NCBI GenBank assembly: GCA_030704615.1
Contig: CM060733.1
Span: forward strand, 41,478,001-41,542,000
Reading direction: 5' to 3'
DNA: 64,000 bases
From: Takakia lepidozioides
Taxonomy: Eukaryota > Plantae > Bryophyta
Position numbers and translations under genes: made by a program. Every line of letters begins with the position of its first letter. Positions within the stretch are counted from its first letter, which is position 1. The notes under the pieces were generated by a model. It had not been told where the DNA came from. It was given only the letters and a program-made list of their open reading frames with translations, and ran no database searches. Below are positions 22,501 through 36,400 of this stretch, piece by piece.

Positions 22501-23030
22501 ACGGTATGAACGGCAGGCAAATCGGAAGCGGAGGGAAGTCAAGTTTGAGGCAGGCATGGAGGTCTGGTTGAACATCAAGAATTTTCGACTACCTCCAGAA
22601 GTGAGTCCAAAGTTCGTACCTCCGTATGCGGGACCCTTTTACATCCGGAAGGTTATGAATGAGGATGTGTATGAATTGGAGCTGCCGGCAAACAACAAGG
22701 TGCATCCGGTATTCCACGTTTCTTTTTTGAAGCCTTACTTCAAAGATGAAGCGCGTCCGAATCGGCATCAAGTGTTGCGTCCGCCACCTGTGCTGTTGGA
22801 TCATGAAAATGAACCTGAGTACGAGGTGGAGGCAGTGCTTAAGTCGAGGAGGTAAAAGAATCGAGAAACGGAGTATCTCGTGAAATGGAAGGGCTATCAT
22901 CATGTGAAGGTATCTTGGGTATGTGCCTCAGAATTGGAAAACGCATCCGAGGCGGTTGCAGCTTTCGAATGGCGACCTCAAAAGTGGAAGAAGCATTGAT
23001 GGGGATATCAACCTTGGATCGTGGGGAGCC
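19600..23030 (+). mobile_element. Chromoviral Ty3/gypsy pol (PR-RT-RH-INT-chromodomain), decayed, lacking gag and 5' LTR
   Basis: LLVDT*ASHSF; [24 protein letters not shown]; TDASDFAIGG; GHGG..CTTCQ, SMDF, SDRDPKF, TDGQTER, GPF; chromodomain YEVEAVLKSRR*..EYLVKWKGY..SW. Several stops and frameshifts. Confidence 0.95.
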
Positions 23031-23725
23031 CAGCTTAGCTGGCTTAGGAATCCGATTGCAAAAACTTATGTTGTACAAATTTTGTTATAAATGAAATGGT
23101 TTCCAATTGTTGCGCCTCCTATTTTGTTTGGAATGGTGATGCATGGTATGGTTGGCTAGTGTGTAGAATGCATGCTAGCTTACAAAAGTGGGAGAGGTAA
23201 ATTGGATTAATCATGTGTTTGCGCAGTGCCGAAATCGAGTGACTCCCATCAAAGGGGCAAGGAAATTGGCGCCTTCTTTGGGAGTTCACGTGCTAGTGCG
23301 CACTTGGCGCGTGCGCGTACTATAACTGCGCTACCGAGGGGGTTGCCTTGTAGTGCGGGCTAACGCGGAAGTTACGTGCTTCCGTTCACGTACTATAATC
23401 GTGTAGCCTCGGGACGAAGTCGTAGTGCGGCTTTGGCGTGTTCCCGTACCTCATGCCAGCATTCCAAGGCGGACCCAATTGTAGTGATTGGGGCGCACGG
23501 TTGGTTCAAGGTTATCTTCCTAGTAAAAAAGGGTTCAAGGTGAACCTTTGCTCAAGGTGATGCCAAAAGCGGCATCATGAGCGGTCGCAAGCAATGTTGT
23601 TGCAGTAAGGCGATTTGATCCTCGGGGAGGATCGTTCCTTGGCTGTGAAGTGGGCCAAGAAGAGTGCACTGGGAGGAGCTTGAGAGGCTCCACTCTTGGC
23701 GGGGACTTGGAGAAAGTCGGCCGAA

Positions 23726-25900
23726 CTAACTAGTGGAGAGTAGAGTCAAGTGTGGGGTTTGGTTCTTTGACATGAGACGCCATGGTGCGGAAACAAACTC
23801 CTTGATGTGGGACGCCACAACTTGGATGTTCGTTCTTCTACAAAATGGACAAGTCGATGAGGACATCGACTCCCTGTTGGTAGGGGTGTGTGTCGCGGCC
23901 CTTTGCTTTGAGGGTAGGGGGTCGGGACGTAGAGGGGCTACCCCTATGGTGGGGGCGATGGCAGCAATAGGTAGGGGGGGCTGAAGCACCCTTGAGTGCC
24001 CAAGGCACTCAAGGAGGTGGAGGCACTCACAGGTGGAGCCCCGCACACCAGGTTGCGGTGGGGGTGGCTCCACAAGGGGTGGTGGTAGTTTAGTGGGTCT
24101 TAGTGGGGGTGACATAGGACTCACCATTGGGCGGAGACCTTGTGGTGGGAGTCGTGGGGAGTCTTGGGACTCACCACGGTCCAATGGGGCCGTGGTGGGT
24201 GGGCCAAGACTCACCGCGACTTATCACCGGGAATCGAGGGTCTTCGTGGTGGTTCGCCATAAAATGGCATGGTTGTTTGTGAAACCCCCGCGGACAGCCG
24301 AAGCTCCGAGTTGGCCCGACGGCCAGGTTGGGAATTAGGCGCGCGCATCAAAGCGAGTAACTATGACTTGAAGGGGAGCTTACCGAAGTGAGGTGCGCGA
24401 CAAAATAACTTCGGTCCACCTCTAGGGGGTAGCGCCTGGCCATCTCTTCGCGGGGGGGGGGGGCCTCCCGGAGTGGGAACCTAGTGATCCATTGGTCCCA
24501 GTCATACACAGTCCCCAAAGGAGGTGGGATCCATCCGGGTTTTGCCGGAGGACTCGGATATGGACTAGGTGGCGGCTGTGGGGACGACAATGGAGGCCGG
24601 GAAGGGACATGTAGCCGGTCGACATGAGGGATTTCGCGTGGAGGTGGTACCGGCCGAGATGGCGATGGTGATGAGGAAAGAACATGTACAATAGGAGGAA
24701 CGGAAGATGCGGATGATGGTGATGATGGGGGTGGCAATGTCGAGGACGAGGAATGTGTATGCGCAGGTGGCAAGCGCCTGGCCCGATGCCCAAAAATAGC
24801 AAAACACGCATCGTACCCCGCTACCCTCACAAACTGCAATCTACGTCATGTTTGCGCGAAAAAAATGTTCACATCCGGAACAAGGTGGGGCTCGTAAGAA
24901 GGAAGAAACCCGCATCGGTATGCCTCTTCATCAAATAAATTGCGAGCTTGGACATCAAGACGGGGCTGCAAGATGCATGATATGAAATGCATCAATACTC
25001 AATTCACAAACGCGAGGTTTCATTAAATATAATACTTTTAATTGAGGAGTACGTGAGAAGGTATAATGACGACTTACCTTTGCTGTATCAGCAATCTTGT
25101 ACAAGCGGTAATGTTTTTACACAACTTGGGGGTCGCGTGCGCTGCAATCATCGTCTGGTGCACCCAACCGGTAGTCGTGCCCAACACCAACTGTACCACA
25201 CTCATCTTGGGGAGGCGGTCCAGGCGGGGTCTCCCCGGGGCTCGTGCCTCTGGACTCGGCGGCCTACGACCTCAGGGTGGTGGTCGTGGGGGCAAAGTTG
25301 GGTGGACATGGCGATGCCGCCTAACTCGCCAACGAGGCGAACGTGCTGTCTTGCCCTCAGCAGGTGGTTGTGGCACATCCGGTACGTCCGACAACGAATC
25401 CTCAAGCATGACACGTCGATAAACACGCGGCATGACCTAGCACGAGAGAGAGGTAGAGGACTTATTGCATCTTGACTATAAAAACCTAATTAACCGTATT
25501 CACACCCCCCTGGGGCGCCGGAAAAAAAAAACCCCAAATAAGTAAACCCTATCCTCCCAAGTGTAACCTCCATTGGAGTTCCGTTACTCCCAACCGTATT
25601 GTGACCCACTGTAACCTCCGGTGGAGTTACACTCCCAACCCTAGGAAAACCTTAAAACAAAAAACCCCCCTAAAAATAAAGCCATATGTCCCCACCCCGC
25701 AATAAAAAACCCTAAAAACAAAACTATATTGCAGCTAATCCTAAACTAACTATATTATAAATAACCCTAAACTAAACTATGTAACCCTTAAAACCCTAAG
25801 AACCAAAGACCCAAAAACCCAAATAATCCCTGCAAAACCCCATAAACCAAAAACCCAAAAAACAAAAAAAAAACAAAAATGAGGGGCAGCTTGAACTCAC
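23726..25900 (-). pseudogene. Degenerate spliced Pro/Arg-rich gene of unknown function, possibly a DNA-transposon accessory gene
   Basis: Minus-strand splice signals: GTGAGT donor ~25899 with T-rich intron to an acceptor ~25437, ATG ~25433, GTAAGT donor ~25077 to tgcag ~24967; Pro-rich ORFs 24348..24839 and 23726..24214; internal stops. Confidence 0.35.
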
Positions 25901-26341
25901 CTCTGCGCCAGAGCTACGACCGAACTGCGACTGCTATGCGACGTCCCCTGGAGGCAGCAACGCCCGTGCAATTCCCCCACTTCGCAGCGGCTTCTTCTCC
26001 TGCCAAGATGGCCGCCCTTCTCTCCCCTTCTTTCTCCCCTTCGTGAAGGCGCCTGATCGGCGCCGAGGTTTGCTGGCGGGGTCGCCACACTGGCGTGCCC
26101 GCGGCTGCACCGGCCACCTTCTCAATCTGATCTCTCTCTCCCCTCCTCCCTCCCCTCCTCCATCCATCCTACTTTGTTTTTTTTGTTCTCTAGCTCTCCC
26201 GGGCGCAACTACCCCGCAGCCACTGGAGCATTTTTTTCCTGCGGCGGGTGACGCAGCGCTAACGCGCCACGGCGTTCAACCCCTCGCACCCCTCGCACTC
26301 TCTCTCTCTCGGCCCCTATTCTCTCTCCCTCTTCTCCCTCT

Positions 26342-26800
26342 TTCTTGCTGCAGTTCTCTGGTGGCCGTTGGGGGTTGGGGTTGTTGGGGGCGGAGGGGGG
26401 GGGGGGGGGGGGGGGGGGAGGTGGGGGGGGGTGTGGGGGGGGGGGGGTTCTTGCTGCAGTTCTCTGGTGGCCGTTGGGGGTTGGGGTTGTTGGGGGCGGA
26501 GGGGGGGGGGGGGGGGGGGGGGGGAGGTGGGGGGGGGTGTGGGGGGGGGGGGGGGGGGCGGGGCGCGGGGGGGGGGGGGGGGGGGGGGGGGGGAAGGGGG
26601 GGGGGGGGGGGGGGGGGGGAGGTGACTGAGACCAAAGTGATAAGGAAAGGAAACAAAAAACAACCAGGAGGGAAGAGACAAATCAACACCCCCACCCCCC
26701 AACACCCCACCACCACACCCCCACCACACCCCCCTCCCCCCCCAACTTACTTGTACAGACCCCCCCACCCCCCCCCCCCAAACCCCCCCCCCCAACAGTC
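26342..26800. repeat. Poly-G then poly-C low-complexity tract with a ~107-bp tandem duplication
   Basis: ttcttgctgcagttctctggtggccgttgggggttgggg... at ~26342 and ~26449; G runs longer than 20 nt. Confidence 0.9.
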
Positions 26801-26827
26801 CCTCTCTCTCCCTCTCTTCCACATCCT

Positions 26828-27300
26828 GAGGGTCGACAGCAGTGCTTATTCTGATTGAAAGCTTTTGATCTTGAGAACCTTTTATTGATGGTTCACGATG
26901 AAACTCCTTTCAGGTTACTTCCGCATCACGTGAACATATTTCTGTGTTTGCGAATTATTATAGGAATTGGTGACGTAGGAAGAATGGGTTTCATTAAATT
27001 TTGGTGCCCTATATTCTTAATGAATTACAGTATGTAGGCAAGTCTTCTTAAATCTTCAACCAAATCAAGAAGCATGATTTCAAAGTGACTTCCATATTGT
27101 CCCAAAAATTTGACTGTGGGGTTTTAAACAGCCAGGGCGGGCACAAATTCTCTGTGGCAGAAGTTCAGGAACTAGATAGCATGATTGGCAATCTGAATAC
27201 ATCAGAAACCCCAGAGTATCCGCCTCTTTTGTTGGGCTGGGCTATCTTCCTTTGCCTTATTTCCTCCCTGCCTGCAGATGGTGGTCAAGCTCCTTATCAG
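26828..27300 (+). pseudogene. NUP188: Two-exon fragment of nucleoporin Nup188
   Basis: Exons ~26828-26912 (AVLILIE/AFDLENLLLMVHDETPF, with a +1 frameshift) and ~27132-27300 (FSVAEVQELDSMIGNLNTSE..PLLLGWAIFLCLISSLP) match plant Nup188 as recalled; GT-AG intron between them; no other exons recognised. Confidence 0.75.
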
Positions 27301-27495
27301 GTGTGCAATCACTACCTCAATAGCACCGTTGGATCTTGGGCTGATTACTGTAGTGTGGCAAAGTACAGTATTGATGCCGAACTTTGACAATTTGGATTAT
27401 GATTCTGACAACTGTGGATTGTCATTCTTGTCTTGGGGCTTTTACGGAACACTAAAAAACAAAGTAATATTTATTTATAATTACAAAGTAATATG

Positions 27496-27643
27496 CAGAC
27501 AGCTCATACAAAGACTCACCAGAACCTTAGCTCAAGAAGCCAACTGATTTAAGAGCACTGAGCTTGGCTCTACTGAGGCTCTAACTCCAGAGAAAGCATG
27601 CCTAAGGATGTATAAAGTTGCATAAACTGCCACACATGAATTA
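27496..27643 (+). repeat. 148-bp inverted repeat, left copy
   Basis: Reverse complement of 36569..36716; one mismatch seen. Confidence 0.93.
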
Positions 27644-28399
27644 TTAGTGTTCTCTGAAACTTGTCAAATCCAAGACTTGGGAAGTTACGGAGAATGTAAT
27701 TTTTTTTTTTAATAAACTAACATAGGGAAAGTAATTCAGAAATGGACTTCATTGTTCGTAAACGCTGTATCTGCCAGCTTCAATTTGACTATTTCGCAAA
27801 AAAATTAATTGCAAGCTCTAGACTTGACCTTTGAACATGGCGATTCCTTGTTTAGGGCATCTATTGTATGCATGTCGATGTGCATATCCCTCGTATGAAA
27901 TTAACGGAGGTCATTCAGAATCTCTGAGGAAAGGTAGAGCAGACCCTTGAGGAAGCGAAATAGGCGGTCAAAGTTACACAAATGATTTTTCTTCATGGAC
28001 GATTCCGATCAGCTTACAGATAACACAATTTTAAGGAGCATAAATCTGTATAGATATGTGCTGGCCTGTTTAAATGAATGAAGTTTGAGATCACATACAC
28101 TGACGTGAAGCAAGTTTCAAGAATGCATTGAGTTGTTGATGAACAAGTGCATATAGAAATAGGGATGTTAGGTTGCTTCATAGCTCTAAGAGGCCTCTCT
28201 CTTATGAAAATGGATGGGAGCTCAAAAACCTTGCAATGCAGGCATTTTGATGAAATGATAGTGCCATCAGTAGTGGCCAAAGTGGACATGGCTGATACGC
28301 AAGCTGCTTAGTGTACTGTGCTTCAAAAACCCGCTCTCTGTCATAGATAGAGGGTTCTTACCTTAGCTGTCCGAGACTACCCTTCCATTTCTGTCAAAA

Positions 28400-31300
28400 C
28401 TATCCAAGGCGTCCATCACAATTAAGTCCCAAGTGATTCTCCAATTCCTAATACTGTTAGAAGATTTTAACCTGAAACATGCATGTATACATCCAAAATG
28501 GAGCCACAGAGCTTACAACTTAAATCAGACAAGCCTACAATCAAACAAATGAAGGAAATGAAATTAAGGTGAAACTTCTCTAACAAGCCAAAAAGGGGAG
28601 TTCTCACAAAGCCAAATCAGCTAGGTATCCTCCTCTTTCTTGGTCTTCTTTATTGACCAAAAAAATAAGCATTACAGAATATTTGCCCCTTTAGAAACTA
28701 CAGGAACCTATTGCACAGGCCCAACTTTCAATTTACATGGGCCAATTTACATTCCGAGGCCTCACACAAGGGGGTGCCACCAAGACCTGTAGTCCAGCAC
28801 TTTCAGGCAGGCACAATGAATGTCCCAACCTGGAAAGCTGCCCAACATACCTAGAACATAGTCTTTACAAAACTTCATGATTACACAATTGTACAATCAC
28901 CTCAATTAAGGTGATGCAACCTACATGGCAAGAAACTTCGTCTCCAGCACATATTTGAGGTGACAATCTGGAAGTTACCTCCTACAGTTTGCTTGATATT
29001 TATTTCGAAGTAATGACAGCATCTTGAAATAAAGATATGATTTGGAAAGAGTCAGGCAACTGGGGCAATGACCTGTGGGACTTCTCTGGATGGAGGCTGG
29101 CTCAAGGATGCCTGAGTCTGCATCCAACACCACCACCCTCATCAGCCTAACCTCCACCAAAGGTCTTCCATACATGCCGGACAGAAAACGAAGAAAGAAA
29201 AGTTTGTTAGTTGGACAACCCCATGTAAGTATATGGCCCTGCACCAATGTGTTAAGCATACTAGTGGGCAATAGTGATTCCCAATTCATCTTGCAACAGC
29301 AGCAAGTCTCTCCTGCAAGTCTCATTACCACAATACACCAGCTAATATTCAGTTTTGACCTGATCATATAGCCCGGAAAATGGGCCCACGAGGTTTGCAA
29401 CCAACAACCATAAAGGTGGTCCCCTAGCTAGGCATGCCGTTGGAAGCTCTACTAAGGTAATGGATACATACAAACTTCAACTGTCCAACATCTGCATTGT
29501 TCATAGAAAGACAATTTTTACCTCCAGAACATTCAGCATACCACAACATCAGCAAATTTGTGGATTTTCTCCTAACCAGCGGAAACCAAGCACCCGTGAC
29601 ACTTTCAGGAGCAAACCTCCCCTGCAATTGTCATCGGAGATCAAGTTGCTACATCCGCTAGCACCAGAAGTCATCCAAAAACAGTCCCAACAGTCAAGGT
29701 CCATTGTAGTTGTTTACAGATCCATAGATTCTCGTTCAGAGTACATCTTGGATTTCAATATTATCCTAACTTGCTAGTTTTTTGTTAATGACGCTTTGGG
29801 TTGTAACAGCAACTGCATCATGCACTTTAGGGAAAGTAGGGAAAGGTAGAAGGTGTACCGCGTTGAGGTCTACAGAAATTGTGTACCGAAATTGATTGTT
29901 GGGCTTTGACTAAGTAACCCTGAACAGAATTCACATATGGCCAAGCCATCTAAAAGCAGCTCTCACTTAAACTGCCATCCAGGGGGTTCTTAAAGGACAC
30001 AAACCTGCAGTTGGGTAGGGTGGTGAGCGAGGTTAAGGTTTTCATGGAGGTCGCTGAAGGCTTTCTTTTCCATTCTCTGGAATATCCGTTGGAACAGCTC
30101 TCTCATGCCAACACTTCAAGATGAGACGTGCAGCGGTACCCAAGCCCAGTACCACTAAAACACCTGCAGCACAAGGCCTTCAACGTTGGGCTACATTACA
30201 TACCAGCTGACAACGCTATCTTGATATAACTTTTCAAAAGTACCCCAACTGAGATGGGATATCTGCACTGCTGTCAAGCAGTGAAGATCTTGGCATGCAA
30301 CATGATGATCCCCAGACTTTCATTATCCGTCAAGGGAACCAAGAAAGGTTACGTTCAGAAATACAAGTCACTAACTGCAACTACACCACTTACCAACCCA
30401 CTGACCAGCTAAGAAAGAGCTCCTCCAATTCTGTAACCTGTGCAAGGTCACCAGCTCTATTTGGTACAAGAAGACCTATTATCTAGAGTCACCCTATAGA
30501 GTACAAAACCCACGATTACCCTCTGCAGTGAAAACAAACGTTTGCAGTTCTAGTCATCAATCATGGTAGATGGAGTCAGGCTTCAGACCCAGTCACCATA
30601 GACATCAGAGAGAACTCACAGAAGCACCCACCACACACGTAAGTGCAAAATGAGATACTCTTCAGCCCTCTCTCCATTCAGTTAGTTGTGTGGATGACAA
30701 GCTTTAGAGTGAATATCAGGGACCAGGAAGGTAGAGGGAGTACCAATGATAATATTAACAGGTAGAGCAGAAGCGCCAAGGAAAATGGAGATGAGGACAT
30801 CAAACAAGAGCCCCGCGACCAGGATCAGCAGCGCCGCCCAGAGAGGGTGAAATCGGGCCTAGCCAACAAAAACATACACAGGACACAATCTCTAATCCGT
30901 GACCGCAAGGCCAATGATTTGCACACGAAAGCTTACCAAAAAAGAAGCCAATTGGCATTGCACCATATCCAACGGTTGACTCGTTGACGGCATCCACGAA
31001 GAGGTACGTCATGAAAACAAGCAAAAGCAGCCACAGCAGCATTATGCAAGGATTCCGTCTCCAATATGCTAAGCAGCACAGGTCGAATGACAGTATGTCT
31101 ATCGTAGAGCCCTACCCCTCCAGCTTCCTGTGGGATCGTGCAGCGCCCCCTCCTATTCCCCACTGCCAATCCTCCACACCCAGAAGTGTGGCTGTCCCCC
31201 ATCACACAACGCAGGGGAATTTCATCAAAATCTCTCCTCTGCTTCACCTCCGTTTCACAACTACTGCTCTTGCTGTCTTGCAAACTGGCATGATATTTTG

Positions 31301-33450
31301 ATGGGATTCGAGCATTGGGTGATACTTGTCCTCAGCTGTGGAAGTTGCGCCTTAAAAAAAAATATGAGATAACCAAGCCTTACTATCATAATTAGTGGCT
31401 AAACAGATCCGTTGACTGGCATGGTCTTGGCATTCATTTCATGAACAGAGCACAGCCTTGTCCCCTGGATTTATTCATTCTAGTCATTGAGGACCTTCAA
31501 ACATGCCATTTTATCTGGTAATAGATTGGAAGCAATGGATTCAGAGTTCTAGCACCTGTAACCATAAAATGAACAAGATACCTATGCACACCTGACAGGA
31601 TCATGCAGGGAGAGAACAACCTACCATGGGCTGTGTTGCTGGAGCAGGTACATTTGGTGCAACTGCCTGCCAATGGAGACCTATTGTTTAGGGTCAAGCC
31701 GCTTCTCAATCTATCTGGAGCTTCACCTTTACACAGGAGCAAACCAAAGAGGAGATAATTGCTAGTTTGACACCGAACATCCTCATCAGAGAAAGCTATC
31801 TCTTTTAAATATGGCAAAATCACTTGCAATGCTTACATTAAGAATTTACGCTGTAGTATTGAGAACACCCAGAAGAAAGGAAGAAACGCACTGACAGACT
31901 TCACATTTGTTGGAGCCTTTATTCTCAAACCATTGCTCTATGCAAGATCGGTGGGCCTTGGCCAGCTCCCCACGACAATAGCATCCAAGTTCAATCAGAG
32001 ACTCCTCCGTGTGCTGCTGGCATATCCTGCATCCACACTCGGCCCTATCAGTTTCAGACCCTCATAAAATTCAATTGGGTAAGGTGAAAGCAGGGCTATG
32101 ACCTTTTAAATACATTTCAAACCATGAGATGACCATTACGCTATAGAGGCTGCAATGTTCTCAAATATTTTGCTGAGTTTCAGGTGCCATAGTTTCCAAC
32201 TAAAGCACAATGTAGCCTCAAACAGAACTCGAGTGGGTACTTTAGGAGCCCGTTGAGCTGAAAACAATACAATGAGATGAGGGATTTCTGAAATTGAATG
32301 GACGAAACACCCACCTGCATGCCGTAATAAGACATAGTGATAATTGGGGTGGCGAGTTTTGTAGGTACTGACAGCATAGGAATTGACTTTGCAAAAAATC
32401 TGACAAGGAGGACCCAGGGGCACAAACGAACATTTCTCCTAGGCCAGCCGCTACTGACAGCTGGTAAAAAGAAATGGGCAAAGACCTGACCTGCAACATT
32501 CAGTCATGCTATCAGTGCTGAAATTGCGAGTGGTTGGCCAAACACTTGTTCCTCCATCGTTACCGTACCTACAGCTCTCCAGGTCCATAAGCTTGTTCAG
32601 TGTCCCGCATCAGGGAATGGGTCTATCGCAGTGCCTTGACTTGGTTCTCGCACTACAGGCGCAATAGGATTACCTCTGGTGCAGACAACTGTCCCTGCAA
32701 ATTCTATTGAACCAGCACCAGACACTTCCAGAATTGTGGGTACTGATGTTCTCTCTCCCTCCTTTGGAGATCTAAAATCTGCTGTGTCCCATTTGTTGCT
32801 CACTCCTGGGGTCTTCCCTAACGGACTAGAATCCATCAGTTCTGGCCTGGTAACCACCCCCTTGTTCTGGCTAGTTGTTTCAGACAGAGAATCGGACTTT
32901 ACTTCAGGACTCATTATTTGATCGCAGTAGGTCGTCTTTCAGCCCCTTCCAAATGAATTGCCCATATTCCACTCCTTTCTTTCTTGCTACCTCGACCCAT
33001 ACCTCACCCATAGGTCGTTGTCCCTCTTTCCAATTGACTTCAGGTTTTTCTCCAAATTGAGATTCTTTTGCATCGTCATTGTTGATGACAGAAGCCTGTC
33101 CATCCCAAGACTCCATTCTCTCACTATCCACTGCGTGTGAAATGTCATTCGGGACATGAGACACTGGTTGCTGCGTGGAAGGAGCGGCAGGTGGTACATC
33201 CTGCTGGTGAAATTGTTCTGTGGAGTCAGGTTGCACCTTTGTACCCTTGATCGCGGAATTGATCGCGCCTAAGCATTGTTACCAGCACAATGAGCCCAAA
33301 TTTATCTGTCTAGAGACACATGAATCCTTGTCAATTGCACATTTGAAAATGCGCTTGTCCCTGCACACATCGTCCATGCACTACAATTCAAATGAAGCAG
33401 TATGTGCTGAACTTTCTTCTAGGGGACAGTGACATAATGGGGTAGAACCT
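28400..33450 (-). mobile_element. Possible highly decayed L1-like LINE or other old TE remnant
   Basis: Low-complexity ORF1-like pieces 32904..33236 (WVEVARKKG) and 32597..32914; only faint zf-RVT-like residue near 28900; no intact RT motif found. Confidence 0.25.
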
Positions 33451-36400
33451 GCCCCACCTGAAGTTGATCAGTATTGGTCCATAGTCAATTTCAACCCCGT
33501 CAACCCCACCCCTAAAGAAAGGATTCTGGTGTGATAGGATGACCTCCACTTGCAAGTACTTCCAAGCTTGCTGGAATACCTGTTAGAAATTTAGAAAACC
33601 GACTGAATCAAACTAAAAAATATGAGAAAACTGAAAAGAGGGAAATTGCATCCTGTGACCTCAAAACCTTCATAGCAGTAATAAACTAGAAGTGCCTCCA
33701 AGGAGACTGCTGCCCGGGGGTTCCAGTAATTACTTTAGTGTAGCAACGCTCGAAAGGGACCTCCTGGAGAAGTTGCTTTTCTCGGTAGCAAATTGAAACT
33801 AATTGACAGACATCGTCCACTAATCACAACCATCTCTGTCCCCCCGTTCGCGGTAGCTAATACCGGTGTGACTTTTTTTAAGTGGAAGTGTGAATTGACT
33901 GCCTCTCAACACATCTGTGTGCCTCCTGCGTACTCAAAACTCTTCCGAGCGACATACTACAGTCCTAGCAAACGATCTTAGTGAAACCCGAAAGATCGAC
34001 TTTCGAGCTCCAAAGTGGTGGGTTACAGTACGACAGAAAGTGGGGAATCTGGATTTTGGGCAGCATAAACGACCAAACCCAATCAGAGTGACCTCCAGTC
34101 ATCATCCTCGGACAAGCTAGAGACAACAAAGCATAAGAAACTGGCAGGATGTCCAAACATCCAAATACACAGAAAAATTCAAGACGAAACGATGCGAAGC
34201 TTGGATCCACCCCGAAAAAGCTGTTAAGAGAACAATTCCACGCCAGTGGAAACATAAAAGTGGAACTGTCGAACAGAGAAAATGGGAGGAGATAAGCTGA
34301 TAAGTTCCCCAGTGCCAATTGAAAAAACTTCAAAAGCAATTCCAGGTACTGCACAAATTAAGATACAGAAAAAGGAAGTGGAAGAGTTCTTACAACTGCA
34401 GACCAATCGATTAGATGCAATCCAATCCTCTGCGCGGCACAAGCAGAGAGCCAAAAAACCTACGTAAACGTCAAACGACCAATGTAAGCACGATTCCCCA
34501 GGAGATGGCAACGCCACCACCAAACACAAACGAAGGCGAATGGGTGAAAGGACCTAATGGAGAAGAAGAGGGGTGGCCCAGTATGCGCAGCAAGCAGGCC
34601 TGCCTGCCTGCCTGGCTGCGTTGGTCGAGCAACATCACACTGCCCTAACCCCACCGCTCATCCCTAACTAACCCCCGCTTAGCGTAACAACGTGTGCATA
34701 CAGTGGCGCCCCCAATCATGCTGCGCGGCCCCACCAGAGTTAGGGTTGGTATGCGTGGATTACTGTAACCAGGGTCGTCGGGCTAACGTGGATTCGTGTA
34801 ACCGGTCGGTTGGATGATCATGGGTTAGTTTGACCAGGATTTGGTTGGGTTGGGTTGGGTTAGTAGTCTTGTAGGGTCTTTTTCCCTCCCATCTCGTCGG
34901 ACCGTTCCATCCTGCGGCACATGGCAGAGGCCATAGCCATATCTACACACGTGACACGAATAGGGTGGCCATGTCACACGTTCTTTGCACGTGTCGTCTC
35001 GCCACGCCTCCGACACGTCAATCCACTGCCATGTCACACGTGTGAGAGAATGGGAACAGGTTCCCCATGGCAGACGGCGAGGCGCACAAGAAGCGTGGTG
35101 GCGGGGCCGGTGGTTGGCACGCTGTGTCTCGCTGCTGGGGCGGGCGGCATGAGGCTCTTCTAGCTATCCTGACACGCCGCCCTGCGCACAGGGATCAATG
35201 CACTCTCCACCACCGTGATTGCAACACTGTGAGCATGCATACTTACATTGCATGTTGGAGATGATCTGTGGCGTGTTCCACCCTCGCCAGATCTTTGACA
35301 ACTTTACTGTGGTTGAGCTCACAGGTGAGTCATTAAAGAGGAGTGACCCAGCCGTCTCATGCGATGCATCTGCCGTGTACTGTAATGTCAACGAGTGTGG
35401 GCGTTGATTATTAGCGAGGCGCCTTTGAAATGAGCGCACCGTATCATAGTGCGTCTGCTAGGTACCTCTTGCCACTTGTCCGTGGAAGTAATCCTGCCTT
35501 TCACACTGGGTACCAATGATTGTGTTGAGCAAGTGATGTCGCACAGTTATTACAGTTCTCGGATTAGGATTGCCGTTGCAAACCTTCCTTCCACCATTAC
35601 CCTAGGTACCATTAGTCGCACTACACACAATTGAAGACCCTCCTTTCGAGAAACCCTTGATAGGTGCGCTTAAGGCATGAAGTAGTTGTAACTTAACTTA
35701 CCAGAAGTCACGAACTACAGGAAATTCCTTGCCTGTGGTGCTCTAGTGGAAGGTCAACCGCAGATGGCAATGTTCAGAAAAACCATTGGTCACCAAGTCC
35801 CCGAGAACAGTACAGAGCTTGGGAGTCGATCTAAATGATAGAGCTGCACTTCGTGCTTCTTTCATCTACAGATGACTTTCTTGGTTGGCTCTCCGTGCCT
35901 CAACATAGGCGGTGTTGATGATGATGCCATTCGCTTGCTCACAGTAGTGACGGGGAAATAAGTTTAATCGTAGTTCATCGACCTGTGTCCCATGAAAGCG
36001 TATGTGCATGAGGTGATGGTGCAATTGGAGCCGCATGGTGAAGCCCTGCAGACACTGAACAATCAATCCGTCAGGTACTGAGGTAGGATCGCGAAACTCA
36101 GCGTCATCACCTGTGATCAGTCATCAATCCTGGTCAAATGTAGCCTGCTGTGCTTTCTGGTTTCCTTCATACTGAAGCTCAGAACCATTGTTTATTCACA
36201 ATTGTATCTATACAAGTTTTACACTAGCTAACAAAGTTCGTTTGTCAATTGAATTCGTTTGCCCCTCTGACATCTCGCCGTTGTAGTCGGTCTTTGCAAC
36301 AGTCCACCCCATGCATGCTAACCCTGCCATGTACGGAGCCACATGAAGTCCGGTGAGAGGGCGGTGTGCTGAGTTCACTCAGCACTGAGAATCGCTTCAA

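Noticed and set aside
23030-23725. 3' LTR of the chromovirus
   Set aside because: No partner LTR and no clear PPT-TG boundary, so limits cannot be set.
25660-25880. Interstitial telomere
   Set aside because: Only scattered AAACCCT-like motifs, not a tandem (CCCTAAA)n array.
26043-26858. Extensin/formin-like poly-Pro or glycine-rich protein
   Set aside because: Arises from homopolymeric G/C runs open in nearly every frame; no codon structure.
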